Below are positions 36,910 through 46,653 of a DNA stretch of 64,000 bases, piece by piece. The stretch lies in contig JBBRLQ010000006.1 of the NCBI GenBank assembly GCA_038231275.1, positions 192,001-256,000 on the forward strand, in the 5' to 3' direction. Each line of letters opens with the position of its first letter. The first letter of the stretch is position 1. Origin of the DNA: Polyangiales bacterium. Its GTDB lineage: Bacteria; Myxococcota_A; Polyangia; Polyangiales; Polyangiaceae. The position numbers and the translations under genes were made by a program. The notes beneath the pieces were generated by a model, which had not been told where the DNA came from, did no database searches, and saw only the letters and a list, made by a program, of their open reading frames with translations.

Positions 36910-37186
36910 CCTTCCGCCGGGTCGACGAGGTTTTGGCGATGGTCCGCGACGTGCCCGTTCAATCCGGCGACGAGCTCGTGGATCTCGGCTCGGGTCTCGG
37001 ACGCGTCGTCATTCTCGCGCACCTATTGACCGGCGCGCGCGCCTTCGGCGTCGAGATCCAAGCGCACCTCGTCGACATGGCGCCCGCGCGGGGTGCCGAG
37101 TTTGCGCTGGGCGGCGCTTTCCGTGGCTACTTCCGCGCGCGCGCTCGAGCGTCTCGCTCGCGATCTACGACTCGGCCGCGATGTGA
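36910..37186 (+). pseudogene. Fragment of a class I SAM methyltransferase
   Basis: VDLGSGLGR motif I and FGVEIQ motif II, but only about 90 codons; the plausible C-terminus (..SVSLAIYDS) lies in another frame. Confidence 0.65.
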
Positions 37187-37202
37187 TCGAAATCGGTCGG
37201 GC

Positions 37203-38876
37203 CTAGTCGTTCTGCATCAACCCCTTGATCTTCCCATCCGCAAGCAGCTTCACGGCTCGCGCCGCCGGCACTTTCGGCAAGCCCGGCATCGTCATCATGT
37301 CTCCCGTCAACGGCACCAGAAACCCCGCGCCTGCCGACAATCGCACGTCGCGTACGGTGATCGTGAAGTCGCGCGGTCGGCCAGGCTTCGTCGGATCGTC
37401 GGTCAGCGAGAGCTGCGTCTTGGCCATACAGATGGGGAGCTTTTCGTACCCGAGCCCGCGGATCCTCTTCAGGCTCGCGTCGGCCGCAGACGTGAAGACG
37501 ACATCCTTCGCGCCGTAGATCGTGCGTGCGATCTTGCGAATCTTCTCCTCCGGCGCGTCCTCGAGCGCGTAGACGTACTGCGGCACGGGAGGCGCGGCGT
37601 CGGTCGCGTCGACCACCTCGGTCACGATGCGCGCGAGATCCATCGCCCCTTCGCCGCCCTTGCTGAAGCCCTCGCACGCGGCGACGCGCGCGCCGAGCTT
37701 GGCGGCCGCCTTCTCGACCATCGCGAGCTCGTCCTTCGTGTCGTTCGGGAACACGTTGATCGCGACGACCGGCGTGAGCCCGTACGCCCGCGCGTTCTCG
37801 AGGTGCTTCTCCAGGTGCGCGAGGCCCTGCTCGAGGCGCGCTGCGTCGGGCTCGCCCGCCGTCTTCACAGGCGCGCCGCCGTGCATCTTGAGCGCCCTGA
37901 GCGTCGCGACGAGGACGATCGCGCGCGGCCAGATCCCCGCGAGCCGGCACTTGATGTTCAGGAATTTTTCGCCGCCGAGATCGAAGCCGAAGCCGGCCTC
38001 GGTGATCGCGTAGTCGCCGAGGTTCATCGCGAGGCGCGTCGCAAGGACGCTGTTGCACCCGTGCGCGATGTTGCCGAAAGGCCCGCAGTGCACCACCGCG
38101 GCCCCGCCCTCGGCCGTCTGCACCAGGTTCGGCTTCAGCGCGTCACGCAGGACCGCGGTCATGGCGCCCGCCGCGCCGACGTCGCCCGCCGTCACCGCCT
38201 TGCCGCCATACGTCGAGCCGACCACGACCCGCGCGAGTCGCTCCTCGAGATCCGCGTAGCTCGTCGCGAGCGAGAGGATCGCCATGATCTCGCTCGCCGC
38301 GGTGATGTCGAAGCGCTCCTCGCGCATCACGCCGTGCGATTTGCCGCCCATTCCGACGATGCAGCGCCTGAGGAAGCGATCGTTCATGTCGAGCGCGCGA
38401 CCCCAGGTGATTTGCCGGGGATCGAGCGGCCCGTCGCCGTGCTCGTCGCGAAAGTAGACGGAGTTGTCGACGAGGGCCGACAGGAGGTTGTGCGCCGTGG
38501 TGATGGCGTGGATGTCGCCGGTGAAGTGCAGGTTGATGTCGTCGGCCGGGACGAGGCTCGCCTTGCCGCCGCCGGTGCCGCCGCCCTTCACGCCGAACAC
38601 CGGCCCGAGCGACGGCTCGCGCAGCGCCAGCACCGCGTTCTTCCCGAGGCGCCGCATGCCCATCGCGAGGCCGATCGAGGTCGTCGTCTTCCCCTCCCCG
38701 GCCGGCGTCGGGTTGATCGCCGTCACGAGGACGAGCCGTCCCTTTCCACGCGGCGGCTTCGTCAGCGCCGAAAGCTCGATCTTGGCCTTCCCGCGGCCAT
38801 ACGGCTCGAGCTCCGACTCGGCGAGGCCGAGCTCCGTGGCGACGTCGGCGATGGGGCGAGGAGAAAACGTCATCAT
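37203..38876 (-). CDS. fhs: Formate--tetrahydrofolate ligase
   Basis: TAINPTPAGEGKTT, REPSLGP, INLHFTGD, GPFGNIAHGC, TEAGFGFDLGGEKF, MTMPGLPK. Confidence 0.97.
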   Translation of the reverse strand: MMTFSPRPIADVATELGLAESELEPYGRGKAKIELSALTKPPRGKGRLVLVTAINPTPAGEGKTTTSIGLAMGMRRLGKNAVLALREPSLGPVFGVKGGGTGGGKASLVPADDINLHFTGDIHAITTAHNLLSALVDNSVYFRDEHGDGPLDPRQITWGRALDMNDRFLRRCIVGMGGKSHGVMREERFDITAASEIMAILSLATSYADLEERLARVVVGSTYGGKAVTAGDVGAAGAMTAVLRDALKPNLVQTAEGGAAVVHCGPFGNIAHGCNSVLATRLAMNLGDYAITEAGFGFDLGGEKFLNIKCRLAGIWPRAIVLVATLRALKMHGGAPVKTAGEPDAARLEQGLAHLEKHLENARAYGLTPVVAINVFPNDTKDELAMVEKAAAKLGARVAACEGFSKGGEGAMDLARIVTEVVDATDAAPPVPQYVYALEDAPEEKIRKIARTIYGAKDVVFTSAADASLKRIRGLGYEKLPICMAKTQLSLTDDPTKPGRPRDFTITVRDVRLSAGAGFLVPLTGDMMTMPGLPKVPAARAVKLLADGKIKGLMQND

Positions 38877-38987
38877 GCCTCCGGGGGACCGGGAAAATGG
38901 CCCGTTCTACGCGCGCGGTCAACGGTGAGGATGGCGATCAGGGCTTGCGCAGACCGTGGATCCTGGCAACTCTGTGGGAGAGAGACG

Positions 38988-39176
38988 ATGCGCATCGTAG
39001 GGAAACGCCAAGAAGGCTCGGGCGATCGAAAAGGGCTGGATTCTCTGCTCCGCACGTTTGGCGGCGGCGCAAAGAAGGGCGTGTTTCGTTACCAAAGCCA
39101 GGAAGAGGCCAACCGAGACTGGGATCAATGGATGAGCGAACGCGTGCAGCGACGTATGAAGACCTCCTCGCCGTAG
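38988..39176 (+). CDS. Small (62 aa) protein, putative antitoxin/partner of the nucleotidyltransferase
   Basis: GGGAG RBS; MRIVGKR...KGVFRYQSQEEANRDW; overlaps the next gene. Confidence 0.6.
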   Translation: MRIVGKRQEGSGDRKGLDSLLRTFGGGAKKGVFRYQSQEEANRDWDQWMSERVQRRMKTSSP

Positions 39177-39601
39177 CGACGCTGCTCGAGGCGGAGCACG
39201 TCGAATACGCGCTGATCGGCGGCTACGCGCTCGCGTTGCAGGGCATCGTGCGCTTGACCGAAGACGTCGACATCCTGGTCGAGCCCACGCTCGAGAACGC
39301 GCGGCGTTGGGTGCGTGCGCTCTCCAAGCTGCCGGACGGCGCGGCCAAAGAGCTCTTGGGCGACGACACGCTGCATGAAGAGCCCTATGCGATCCGCATC
39401 AACGACGAGTTCACGGTCGACGTGATGAACTCCGCGTCGGGTTTTTCGTGGCAGGATCTGGTGGGCTACCGAACGCGAATCGAGGGCATCTGCGTCCTCT
39501 CGCTCGAGGGGCTCCTCAAGATGAAGGAGCACGGACGCCTCAAGGATCGCGCGGACGCGGAAGCGATCCGGAAGGCGCTCGGTCTCTCACACGACGAGTA
39601 G
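39128..39601 (+). CDS. Pol-beta-superfamily nucleotidyltransferase (putative toxin-antitoxin component)
   Basis: YALIGGYAL...R.TEDVD, VDV, LLKMK..GR.KDRAD motifs. Confidence 0.8.
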   Translation: MDERTRAATYEDLLAVATLLEAEHVEYALIGGYALALQGIVRLTEDVDILVEPTLENARRWVRALSKLPDGAAKELLGDDTLHEEPYAIRINDEFTVDVMNSASGFSWQDLVGYRTRIEGICVLSLEGLLKMKEHGRLKDRADAEAIRKALGLSHDE

Positions 39602-39618
39602 CGTCGCCGGCGCGGAAT

Positions 39619-40698
39619 TCATCCGTAGCGCTTCTCGAAGAGCGCCTTCACCGCCGGCAGCTCGCGCATCATCGCGAGCGAGTGATCGGCGTGGCCGTGC
39701 GCGTAGCCGTTGCCGATGAAGAGATCGATGTCCTTGCCGACACCCTCGGCGCCGAGCGCCGCTTTGGTGAAGCTCGTCGACATCGCGAAGAAGTAGGCGA
39801 TGCCGCGATCTTTGGTGCACAGGATCGCGCCCATCTCGGCGTCGGCGACGTTGACGCACGAGAAGCTGACGTCGACCTCGTGACCGCCGTTCGCCGCGAG
39901 GACGGCGCGGCGAACGCTCACCGGATCGCGCGCATCGCACCCGACGACGGCGTCGCAGATCCCGAGCGCGCGCAAGTCCTCCGCGTACGGCGCGTGGCTC
40001 TCGACGCCGATGATGCGCGCCGACTTGCCGCCCACGCGCCGCGCCTCGGCCGCGCAGAGAATCCCGCTCTTGCCGCCGGCGCCGAGGACCAGCACGCTAT
40101 TGCCCGGCTTCACGAGTCGCGCGACTTGCGGCGCCGCGCCTGCGACGTCGAGGACCGCCAGCGCGAGCCGCTCGCTCATCTGTTCCGGCGGCGGCAAGCG
40201 TGCGTAGGCGCCGCTCGCAAAGAGGACGGCCTCCCCGTCGACATCGAGCTGCGCGCTCGGTCTGCGGATCGCCTTGATCCGATCGATCTTCAGCGGCGTC
40301 AGCGACAGCGACACGAGCGTCGCCACGCGCGTCCCGACCTCCAGCTTCGCCGAATCGCCTCGCGACGGCTCGACCTGGAGCACACGCCCGAGCAGCATTC
40401 CGCCCGAACCGGTCACCGGGTTATGCTGCTTTCCCCTACCCTCTACGGTCTCGAGGACTTTTTTTCCAAGCGCGTCGTCCGTGGAGGTGATTTCCTCCAT
40501 CTGTCGGAAGCTGGCGGCGTCCACGTTCAACGTCTCCACGCCGAGAAGAAGCTCCCCCTCGAAAAGGCGTGAAAAATCGTTGTCGACGCGCAGCGCAGGT
40601 TGTGGGAGAGCCCCTCTCGGCTCGACGGCCCGGTGGGTCCCGAAGGGGTCTCCGCCTGGCACGACGGGCCTCGGGAGCCGAAGCGTCGGGTGCGACAT
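39619..40698 (-). CDS. kdd: L-erythro-3,5-diaminohexanoate dehydrogenase
   Basis: GDPFGTHR..EP.G.LPQPA, LNVDAASF, RGKQHNPVTGSGGML, ATLVSLSLTPL, LDVAGA, AALGAEGVGKD. Confidence 0.9.
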   Translation of the reverse strand: MSHPTLRLPRPVVPGGDPFGTHRAVEPRGALPQPALRVDNDFSRLFEGELLLGVETLNVDAASFRQMEEITSTDDALGKKVLETVEGRGKQHNPVTGSGGMLLGRVLQVEPSRGDSAKLEVGTRVATLVSLSLTPLKIDRIKAIRRPSAQLDVDGEAVLFASGAYARLPPPEQMSERLALAVLDVAGAAPQVARLVKPGNSVLVLGAGGKSGILCAAEARRVGGKSARIIGVESHAPYAEDLRALGICDAVVGCDARDPVSVRRAVLAANGGHEVDVSFSCVNVADAEMGAILCTKDRGIAYFFAMSTSFTKAALGAEGVGKDIDLFIGNGYAHGHADHSLAMMRELPAVKALFEKRYG

Positions 40699-40813
40699 GG
40701 CGGCGATCTTCTACCCCGACTTGACCCGGATCGGTGGCACTCGTTACTCTTTTCGAAGATTTTCAGGTAGTTTGCATCGGCCGTTTGTCGTTCATACCTA
40801 GGCGTCTTCCCGC

Positions 40814-41791
40814 GTGATGCAAGATCCGTCTCCCAAGCCGAACGTTCAGACCGCCCGCCCACCGGCCGGGGCGCGTTCGTACGTGCTGCGCTTCATCAGC
40901 GGCAAGTACCAAGGCGGCGAGTTCCCGATCGTCCCGGAGAAACAGATCGTCGTGGGTCGCTCGAGCGATCTCGACATGGTCCTCGTCGAGGACATGGTCA
41001 GTCGCAAGCACGCACGCATCGCGATGCAGGCCGACCAGATCTGGATCGAAGATCTCGGCAGCACCAACGGGACGTTCGTGAACGGCGAGAAGATCAAGCG
41101 CGCGCGCCTCAAAGAAGGCGACCGCGTCCTCATCGGCACGAGCATCCTCAAGGTCATCGCCGGCGAAGGCCAGGCCCAGCCGCGCGAGACCGCCGAGGTG
41201 AAGCAGAACCTCGAGCGCGTCGCCGATCAGCGCCGCACCAGCGCCAACCGCACGATGAGCGGCAGCATCGAGGAGGTGCCGCTGCCCGATCTCCTCCAGC
41301 TCTTCGGCACGTCGAAGAAGAGCGGCGTCCTCGTCGTGCGCACCGACGACGACGTAGGCCGCATCTTCATGCGCAAGGGCGTCATCTACCACGCGTCAAT
41401 CAACGATTTGGACGACGTGCCGCCGATGAAGTCGATCTTCCGACTTCTCACCTGGCAAAAGGGTCTCTTCGATCTCGATCCGCCGGACGAGCGCGAGTTC
41501 CCGAACGAGCTCTCGCTCTCGGTGCAGGAGATCCTCATGGAGGGTCTTCGCCAGCTCGACGAGTTCAACGAGCTGCGTGATCAGCTCCCGGATTTGCACT
41601 CGCGCCTCGTACTCGCGACGCCGCTCGCCGCGCCGCTCCGCGAGCTGAAGCCGGCGGAACTCGATCTCTTGCAGATGGCCCACAACTACGGGCACCTCGA
41701 GACCGTGATGAACAAGAGCCAGGCGACGGACCTCGAGACCGTGCAGATGCTGCTGAAGCTCCTCAAGCAGCAGTACCTGCGCGCCGAGTAG
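40814..41791 (+). CDS. FHA plus DUF4388 domain protein
   Basis: GR...D, VSRKHA, DLGSTNGTFVNG (FHA); GSIEEVPLPDLLQ...KSGVL, MEGLRQLDE (DUF4388). Confidence 0.9.
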   Translation: MMQDPSPKPNVQTARPPAGARSYVLRFISGKYQGGEFPIVPEKQIVVGRSSDLDMVLVEDMVSRKHARIAMQADQIWIEDLGSTNGTFVNGEKIKRARLKEGDRVLIGTSILKVIAGEGQAQPRETAEVKQNLERVADQRRTSANRTMSGSIEEVPLPDLLQLFGTSKKSGVLVVRTDDDVGRIFMRKGVIYHASINDLDDVPPMKSIFRLLTWQKGLFDLDPPDEREFPNELSLSVQEILMEGLRQLDEFNELRDQLPDLHSRLVLATPLAAPLRELKPAELDLLQMAHNYGHLETVMNKSQATDLETVQMLLKLLKQQYLRAE

Positions 41792-41794
41792 CGC

Positions 41795-42577
41795 GTGCCG
41801 AGCCCGACGGTCATCGTGACCGGTGCCTCGAGCGGCATCGGCAGGAGCCTGGCGCTCGCGTGGGCGTCGCGCGGCGCGGCGGTCGTTCTGTCGGGTCGCA
41901 ACGAGGACGCGCTCGCGGAGGTGGGCCGCGAGGTCGAGGCGGCCGGCGGTCGCGCGATCACGGAGTCCGGCGACGTCACCGTCGAAGAGGATCGACAGCG
42001 TCTCGTCGATCGCGCGGTCAAGGACACCGGACGAATCGACGTGCTCGTGAACAACGCGGGGCGCGGGTATTACGCGGCGTTTCGCGATCTCGACATCGCC
42101 GAGATGGAGCGCCTCTTCCGCCTCAACGTGCTCGCGCCGGTGCGCCTCACGCAGCTCGCGCTCGAGCCGCTGATGCGCAGCCAAGGCGCGGTGGTCATGC
42201 TCTCGAGCGTCGCGGGAGTCGTGGCCGCGCCTCACCTCGGCGCGTACGCCGCGAGCAAATTCGCGCTCGAGGCACTCAGCATTTCGATGCGCGCGGAGCT
42301 GCGCGCGAGCGGCGTGCGCGTGGTCGTCGTGCGCCCGGGCCCGGTGGGTACGGCGTTCCGGAAGAACTCGGTCGCGGTGGGCGTGCCGGCGGGCGTGCGG
42401 CCGGCGGGGGCGACGGAGCAGACGCCGGACGAGGTCGCGCGCCTGACACTCCGCGCCGTGGAGCGGAGCCGCGCGGTGATCGACACGAGTAACTTCGTGC
42501 GCCTGGCGTCGTTCACGTCACGCGTGGTGCCGCCGATTTTCCGGATGGTGGCGGCGCGCATGGCGACGAAGCACTGA
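41795..42577 (+). CDS. SDR family oxidoreductase
   Basis: TGASSGIG, NNAG, S, YAASK. Confidence 0.93.
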   Translation: MPSPTVIVTGASSGIGRSLALAWASRGAAVVLSGRNEDALAEVGREVEAAGGRAITESGDVTVEEDRQRLVDRAVKDTGRIDVLVNNAGRGYYAAFRDLDIAEMERLFRLNVLAPVRLTQLALEPLMRSQGAVVMLSSVAGVVAAPHLGAYAASKFALEALSISMRAELRASGVRVVVVRPGPVGTAFRKNSVAVGVPAGVRPAGATEQTPDEVARLTLRAVERSRAVIDTSNFVRLASFTSRVVPPIFRMVAARMATKH

Positions 42578-42607
42578 GGTGGTAGATCCCTCGCGCTGAG
42601 CCGAACC

Positions 42608-42982
42608 ATGACGCAGGCGTTTGAACAGAGGGGTGATCACGTAGAGCTCGTCGCAATCGAGGGCGAGCAGCTCAGCGCGGTCACCTTCGTACAGGACTAC
42701 GTTCAACTTCATTTCGACGGGCCGATGATCACGGCAAATACTCTGCCGGTCGTCGTGGTTGGCGATACGAGATTCGCGGCCGACGAGCCGGGCTACCGTG
42801 ACCAACTCTGCGGGCTGATCGCGAAGAACGTCGCCCGAGCGTACGTACTTCAAGGCGAACGTTTTCAGATCGATTTCGCGGATCACACGTCTCTCGTCGT
42901 GTCTCTGAAGCCCGAGGCGTATCGAACGGCAGAGGCGGTGATTTTCAGTGACGGAAAGACTGAGCAATTTGCCGTCTGGTGA
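42608..42982 (+). CDS. Hypothetical small beta-rich protein, lower GC
   Basis: Clean 124-aa ORF; codon usage less GC3-biased than its neighbours. Confidence 0.7.
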   Translation: MTQAFEQRGDHVELVAIEGEQLSAVTFVQDYVQLHFDGPMITANTLPVVVVGDTRFAADEPGYRDQLCGLIAKNVARAYVLQGERFQIDFADHTSLVVSLKPEAYRTAEAVIFSDGKTEQFAVW

Positions 42983-43032
42983 TTGTCCGCGCTCGCCAGG
43001 ACGGCGCGACGACGCGAAAGTCCGCGAACCGC

Positions 43033-44160
43033 TCAGCGCGGCAGGTTCGCGTGAAACGTCTTCAGGAAATCCCGCTCCGCGACGCGTAGCGCGAGCTGCA
43101 CGCCGCCGCGCTGAACCGCCGCGCGCTGCTCCGCGGGCAGGAGGCGCGCGAGCTTCGCGATGCCGCCGCCGTAGGCGCCGTGAATGCCGGCGATCGCGCG
43201 CAGGCAGCCGAGCTCGTCGGTCCGGCGCTCGTGCACGCCGAGGAGGGCGAGCAAGATCTCGGCGCGCTCGGCGTCGTCGAGGAGCGGCGTGCCGCCGATG
43301 AGCCGACCCCACTCGTAGAAGTACGGCCCGAACGGCAGCAAGAAGGCGCGCTCGCGACGAAGCGCCCTCGGCGCGCGGAGGGGAAGGAAGCGGTGGTTCT
43401 CCTTCGCCATGAGGAGCTTGTTGAGCTCGCCCGCGAACACGAAGGCGCCGTCGAACCGCGCGCCGTCCTCGTGGCCGAGACGCCGGTAGCGAAATCCCAG
43501 CTCCGACGCGGCGTGCTCGGGCGCCCATGTGTCGACGACGCGCGAGAGATCGCCCAGGTTGTGCGCCACCGTGGTCACCACCGAGAGGAGCTCCTGATCG
43601 CTTCCCTCTTTGCGCGCCAGCATCACGAGCCGCGCCTCGCGCGTGAGCTCCGCTTCGATCCACGAGGTGGCGCGGTCCGCTACCGCCGCGTCCGAGACGG
43701 TCAGCGCGCGGCCGAGTGCGCCGGCCATGACGCTGAACCACTCGCCTTGATGGCCGGCCAGCACCTCACCCCCGAGGACGACGTGACGGGCGGTGACCGG
43801 GCGCACGTCCCACCACGCCACCTCCTCGACGCGGCCCACCGCCGAGGCCAGCTTTTTTCCTTCGAGCTGGGACCACGCGTGCTGGCGAATGCGAACGTCC
43901 ACGTCGGTCGGGCAGAAGGTCGCCACGGTGGTGAAGTGCGCCGCAAGGAGCGACGCGAAGTAGTCCTCCGTCTCCGCGCCCGTTCGCCATTGCTCCTCGA
44001 TCGCCGGCGCGTTCCTCAGGATCGCGACGGCGGGCAGCGGTGGCTCGAGGGTGAGCGCCCACGGCGCGGTGCTCTTGACCTGGTCGAGGAGCAGCGTGGG
44101 CGCGATCCCCACCGGCTTTCTTCCGCCTCGTTTCGGCGATTTCGGAGGCATGCCGGCCAT
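43033..44160 (-). CDS. Hypothetical helical protein
   Basis: 375-aa ORF with normal codon bias; no family recognised. Confidence 0.75.
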   Translation of the reverse strand: MAGMPPKSPKRGGRKPVGIAPTLLLDQVKSTAPWALTLEPPLPAVAILRNAPAIEEQWRTGAETEDYFASLLAAHFTTVATFCPTDVDVRIRQHAWSQLEGKKLASAVGRVEEVAWWDVRPVTARHVVLGGEVLAGHQGEWFSVMAGALGRALTVSDAAVADRATSWIEAELTREARLVMLARKEGSDQELLSVVTTVAHNLGDLSRVVDTWAPEHAASELGFRYRRLGHEDGARFDGAFVFAGELNKLLMAKENHRFLPLRAPRALRRERAFLLPFGPYFYEWGRLIGGTPLLDDAERAEILLALLGVHERRTDELGCLRAIAGIHGAYGGGIAKLARLLPAEQRAAVQRGGVQLALRVAERDFLKTFHANLPR

Positions 44161-44184
44161 CCATACCGAATTCGCGTGACCGCG

Positions 44185-46539
44185 CTACGGCGAAACGACG
44201 ACGCTCTGGGTCAACGTCGCGCCGCCGCCGGTCACCGTGATGGTCGTCGTGCCGGCCGCGACCGGCGTAACGACGATCGCGGCCGACTGCGAAACCGTGG
44301 ACAGCGTCACCGACGCGGGCGTGACGGTGGCGATCGCAGGATTCGACGACGTCACCGTGAACACGACATCTGCGGGGAGCGCCGAGTCCGAAGTGACGTT
44401 GCCGAGGAGGTTCGTCCCAAGCGACACGGCGCCTCCCAGGCCCAAGCTGAACGTCGGCTTGGCGACGACGACGACCGACGTGGTCTTGGTGATCGAGCCG
44501 AGCGTCGCCGTGATCGTCGCCGTTCCTGCGCCGACGGCCAGCACGGGGAAGTACGCCTGGCTACCGCCCGCGATGACCACGGCCGTCGCTTGTGGGAGCG
44601 AGACGATGCCGGCCGGAGAGGCCGTGAGCGCGACCGGAACGGCGCTCTGCGCGGTGCCGCCGAGGTTGACGAAGCCGAACGCCGTCGCGCCCGCGGCGAG
44701 CAGTCCCGAGTTCATCGTCACCGACGACAGGTACACCGGCGGCGGCGGCATGGAGCCCACGAGCACTACCGTCGACGACGTGCTCGCGCCGAACGTGCCG
44801 GTGATGACCGTCGATCCCGCGGTGAGCCCGATGACGTTGAAGTATCCGTTCGTCGAGCCGTTGCTCAGCGAAAAAGGGGCGGGCGCGGCGGCGACGGCCG
44901 GGTTGCTCGACGTGAAGGTCACCACCGAGCCGGGGAGCGGAACGGCATCGACGCTGAAGCTCGTGCCCTGGGTTCCGCCCGGAGCGACGCGGACCTCGGG
45001 GTTCATCTGCAGCGAGGCCGCGGCGACGACCTGGACCGGGACGACGATCTTCGATCCCGGAATGCTCACGGTGATCGTGGTCGCCCCGACCTTTTGTGCG
45101 AGCACCGTGACGTTGCCGCCGTAGCTCGCGATGAAGAGCGAGTCGGGGACGGTCACGATCGACGGGTCGCCCGACACGAGGGACACCGTCTGCGAGCCGT
45201 ACGAACCGCCCTGCTCGTACACTTGCATGTTGGCGGCGACACCGACGACGAGGCGCGGAGCCTGCAAATTGGCCTGAATCGTCGTGGTGTCGGTGCCGAC
45301 GTGAACCGAGGCCTGCACCGAAGCCCCGCCGAACGTGGCGGTCACGATCGCGTCGCCGTCCTTGAGCCCGACGACGGGGAAGCTCGCGCTCGTACTCCCG
45401 CTGGGCACTGTGACGTGATCGGGCACCGTGACGATCGCCGGCGCGCTCGAGGTCAACGTGACGTCGTGGATGGCGCCGGTGTACACGTCGAACTGCACGT
45501 TGCCGAGCGTCTGTCCGCCTCCAGACGGGATGGTCGGAATGTTCATCTGCGCCAGATGCACCTTGGCGACGCCAGTGACTTGTGCGCTCGCGCTCGAGTC
45601 CGCGAGCGTGAACGAGAGCTTGGTCGGACCGGCCGCCGCGATCACCCCGCTGAACTGCGCGTTGGTCGTGCCGGCCGGGAGGATGAGCGACGCGGGAGGC
45701 GCGACCACCTTCGCGTCCGAGGACACCACGGCGACGGTCTTCGGCGCCGCGAGGATGGCGTCGACCGAGATGTACCCGCCCAGCGCCGCTCCCACCTCGG
45801 CGGTCTGCGGATACACGTTCGATGAGACGATCTTGGCGTGGTCGACGGTGGTGATGCTGCCTGTGGCGACGGTGGCGCCGAGCGTCGCGGTGTAGGCGGT
45901 CGAGCCGACCGCGAGGGCGCTGACGGTCGCGTTGCCGTAGCTCGAAAAGGGCGGGATCGTCACCTTCGCGTCGATTTTGGCGATGCTTCCGTCGGCGAGG
46001 ACGAGGGGGACGTCGATCGGCGACGGCGTGACGGCGTTGAGCGAGACGGAGATGGGCGACGTCGCGCCCTTTTCGAGCCGCACCTCGCCGAGCTGCAACG
46101 ACGACAGCTTGAACGCCTCGACGACTTGGGCGGACGCGCGCGCGATGGCGGTGCCGGCGATGGCGACGAGCTCTGCCGTCCCGATTTGACCCGCATCGTA
46201 GGTGACCTCGGCGGAGAGCGCGCCGCGAGGAATGCTGACGTGCGCCGGGAGCGTCACCACGGTCGGCGCGCTCGTCGCGAGCGTGACGTCGACGTCGCTC
46301 GACACCGGGTTGCTGAACGTGATGCGCACCTTGCCTTGCTTGCCCACTTCGGCGCCGGTCGCCTGGAGCTGGGTCAAGACCGTCGCGGCGTCGCTGAGCA
46401 CCACGCCCGCGTCGCCGGGCCCTCCGCCCGAGTCCGAGCTCGAGGATCCGCACCCCGCGATCGGGGTCGCGAATGTGGCGAGCACGAAGAGCGTAAGCGG
46501 CGCCACGGCGGCAACGAGTCCCGAGAATCTTGTGCGCAT
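44185..46539 (-). CDS. Lipoprotein with tandem Ig-like (Big-type) repeats
   Basis: Lipobox IAGC; about 7 repeats of V.LTSS.P.VVTVP..V.IP.G...A.G.ATITAT.GG. Confidence 0.85.
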   Translation of the reverse strand: MRTRFSGLVAAVAPLTLFVLATFATPIAGCGSSSSDSGGGPGDAGVVLSDAATVLTQLQATGAEVGKQGKVRITFSNPVSSDVDVTLATSAPTVVTLPAHVSIPRGALSAEVTYDAGQIGTAELVAIAGTAIARASAQVVEAFKLSSLQLGEVRLEKGATSPISVSLNAVTPSPIDVPLVLADGSIAKIDAKVTIPPFSSYGNATVSALAVGSTAYTATLGATVATGSITTVDHAKIVSSNVYPQTAEVGAALGGYISVDAILAAPKTVAVVSSDAKVVAPPASLILPAGTTNAQFSGVIAAAGPTKLSFTLADSSASAQVTGVAKVHLAQMNIPTIPSGGGQTLGNVQFDVYTGAIHDVTLTSSAPAIVTVPDHVTVPSGSTSASFPVVGLKDGDAIVTATFGGASVQASVHVGTDTTTIQANLQAPRLVVGVAANMQVYEQGGSYGSQTVSLVSGDPSIVTVPDSLFIASYGGNVTVLAQKVGATTITVSIPGSKIVVPVQVVAAASLQMNPEVRVAPGGTQGTSFSVDAVPLPGSVVTFTSSNPAVAAAPAPFSLSNGSTNGYFNVIGLTAGSTVITGTFGASTSSTVVLVGSMPPPPVYLSSVTMNSGLLAAGATAFGFVNLGGTAQSAVPVALTASPAGIVSLPQATAVVIAGGSQAYFPVLAVGAGTATITATLGSITKTTSVVVVAKPTFSLGLGGAVSLGTNLLGNVTSDSALPADVVFTVTSSNPAIATVTPASVTLSTVSQSAAIVVTPVAAGTTTITVTGGGATLTQSVVVSP

Positions 46540-46653
46540 GGTTGGCTCCAGAAAGGGTTACGACGCGAGAGGTCGCGACCTGACAGACTAGCGGACGGGC
46601 CCGTCGCCTGTCCGCCAACCTTTTTTGGAACCGCGGCCGTACGGCCGGCGCGA

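Noticed and set aside
36933..39176. 747-aa ORF joining the methyltransferase fragment to the small TA-like protein
   Set aside because: The middle is antisense to fhs; the two ends are separate elements that share a frame.
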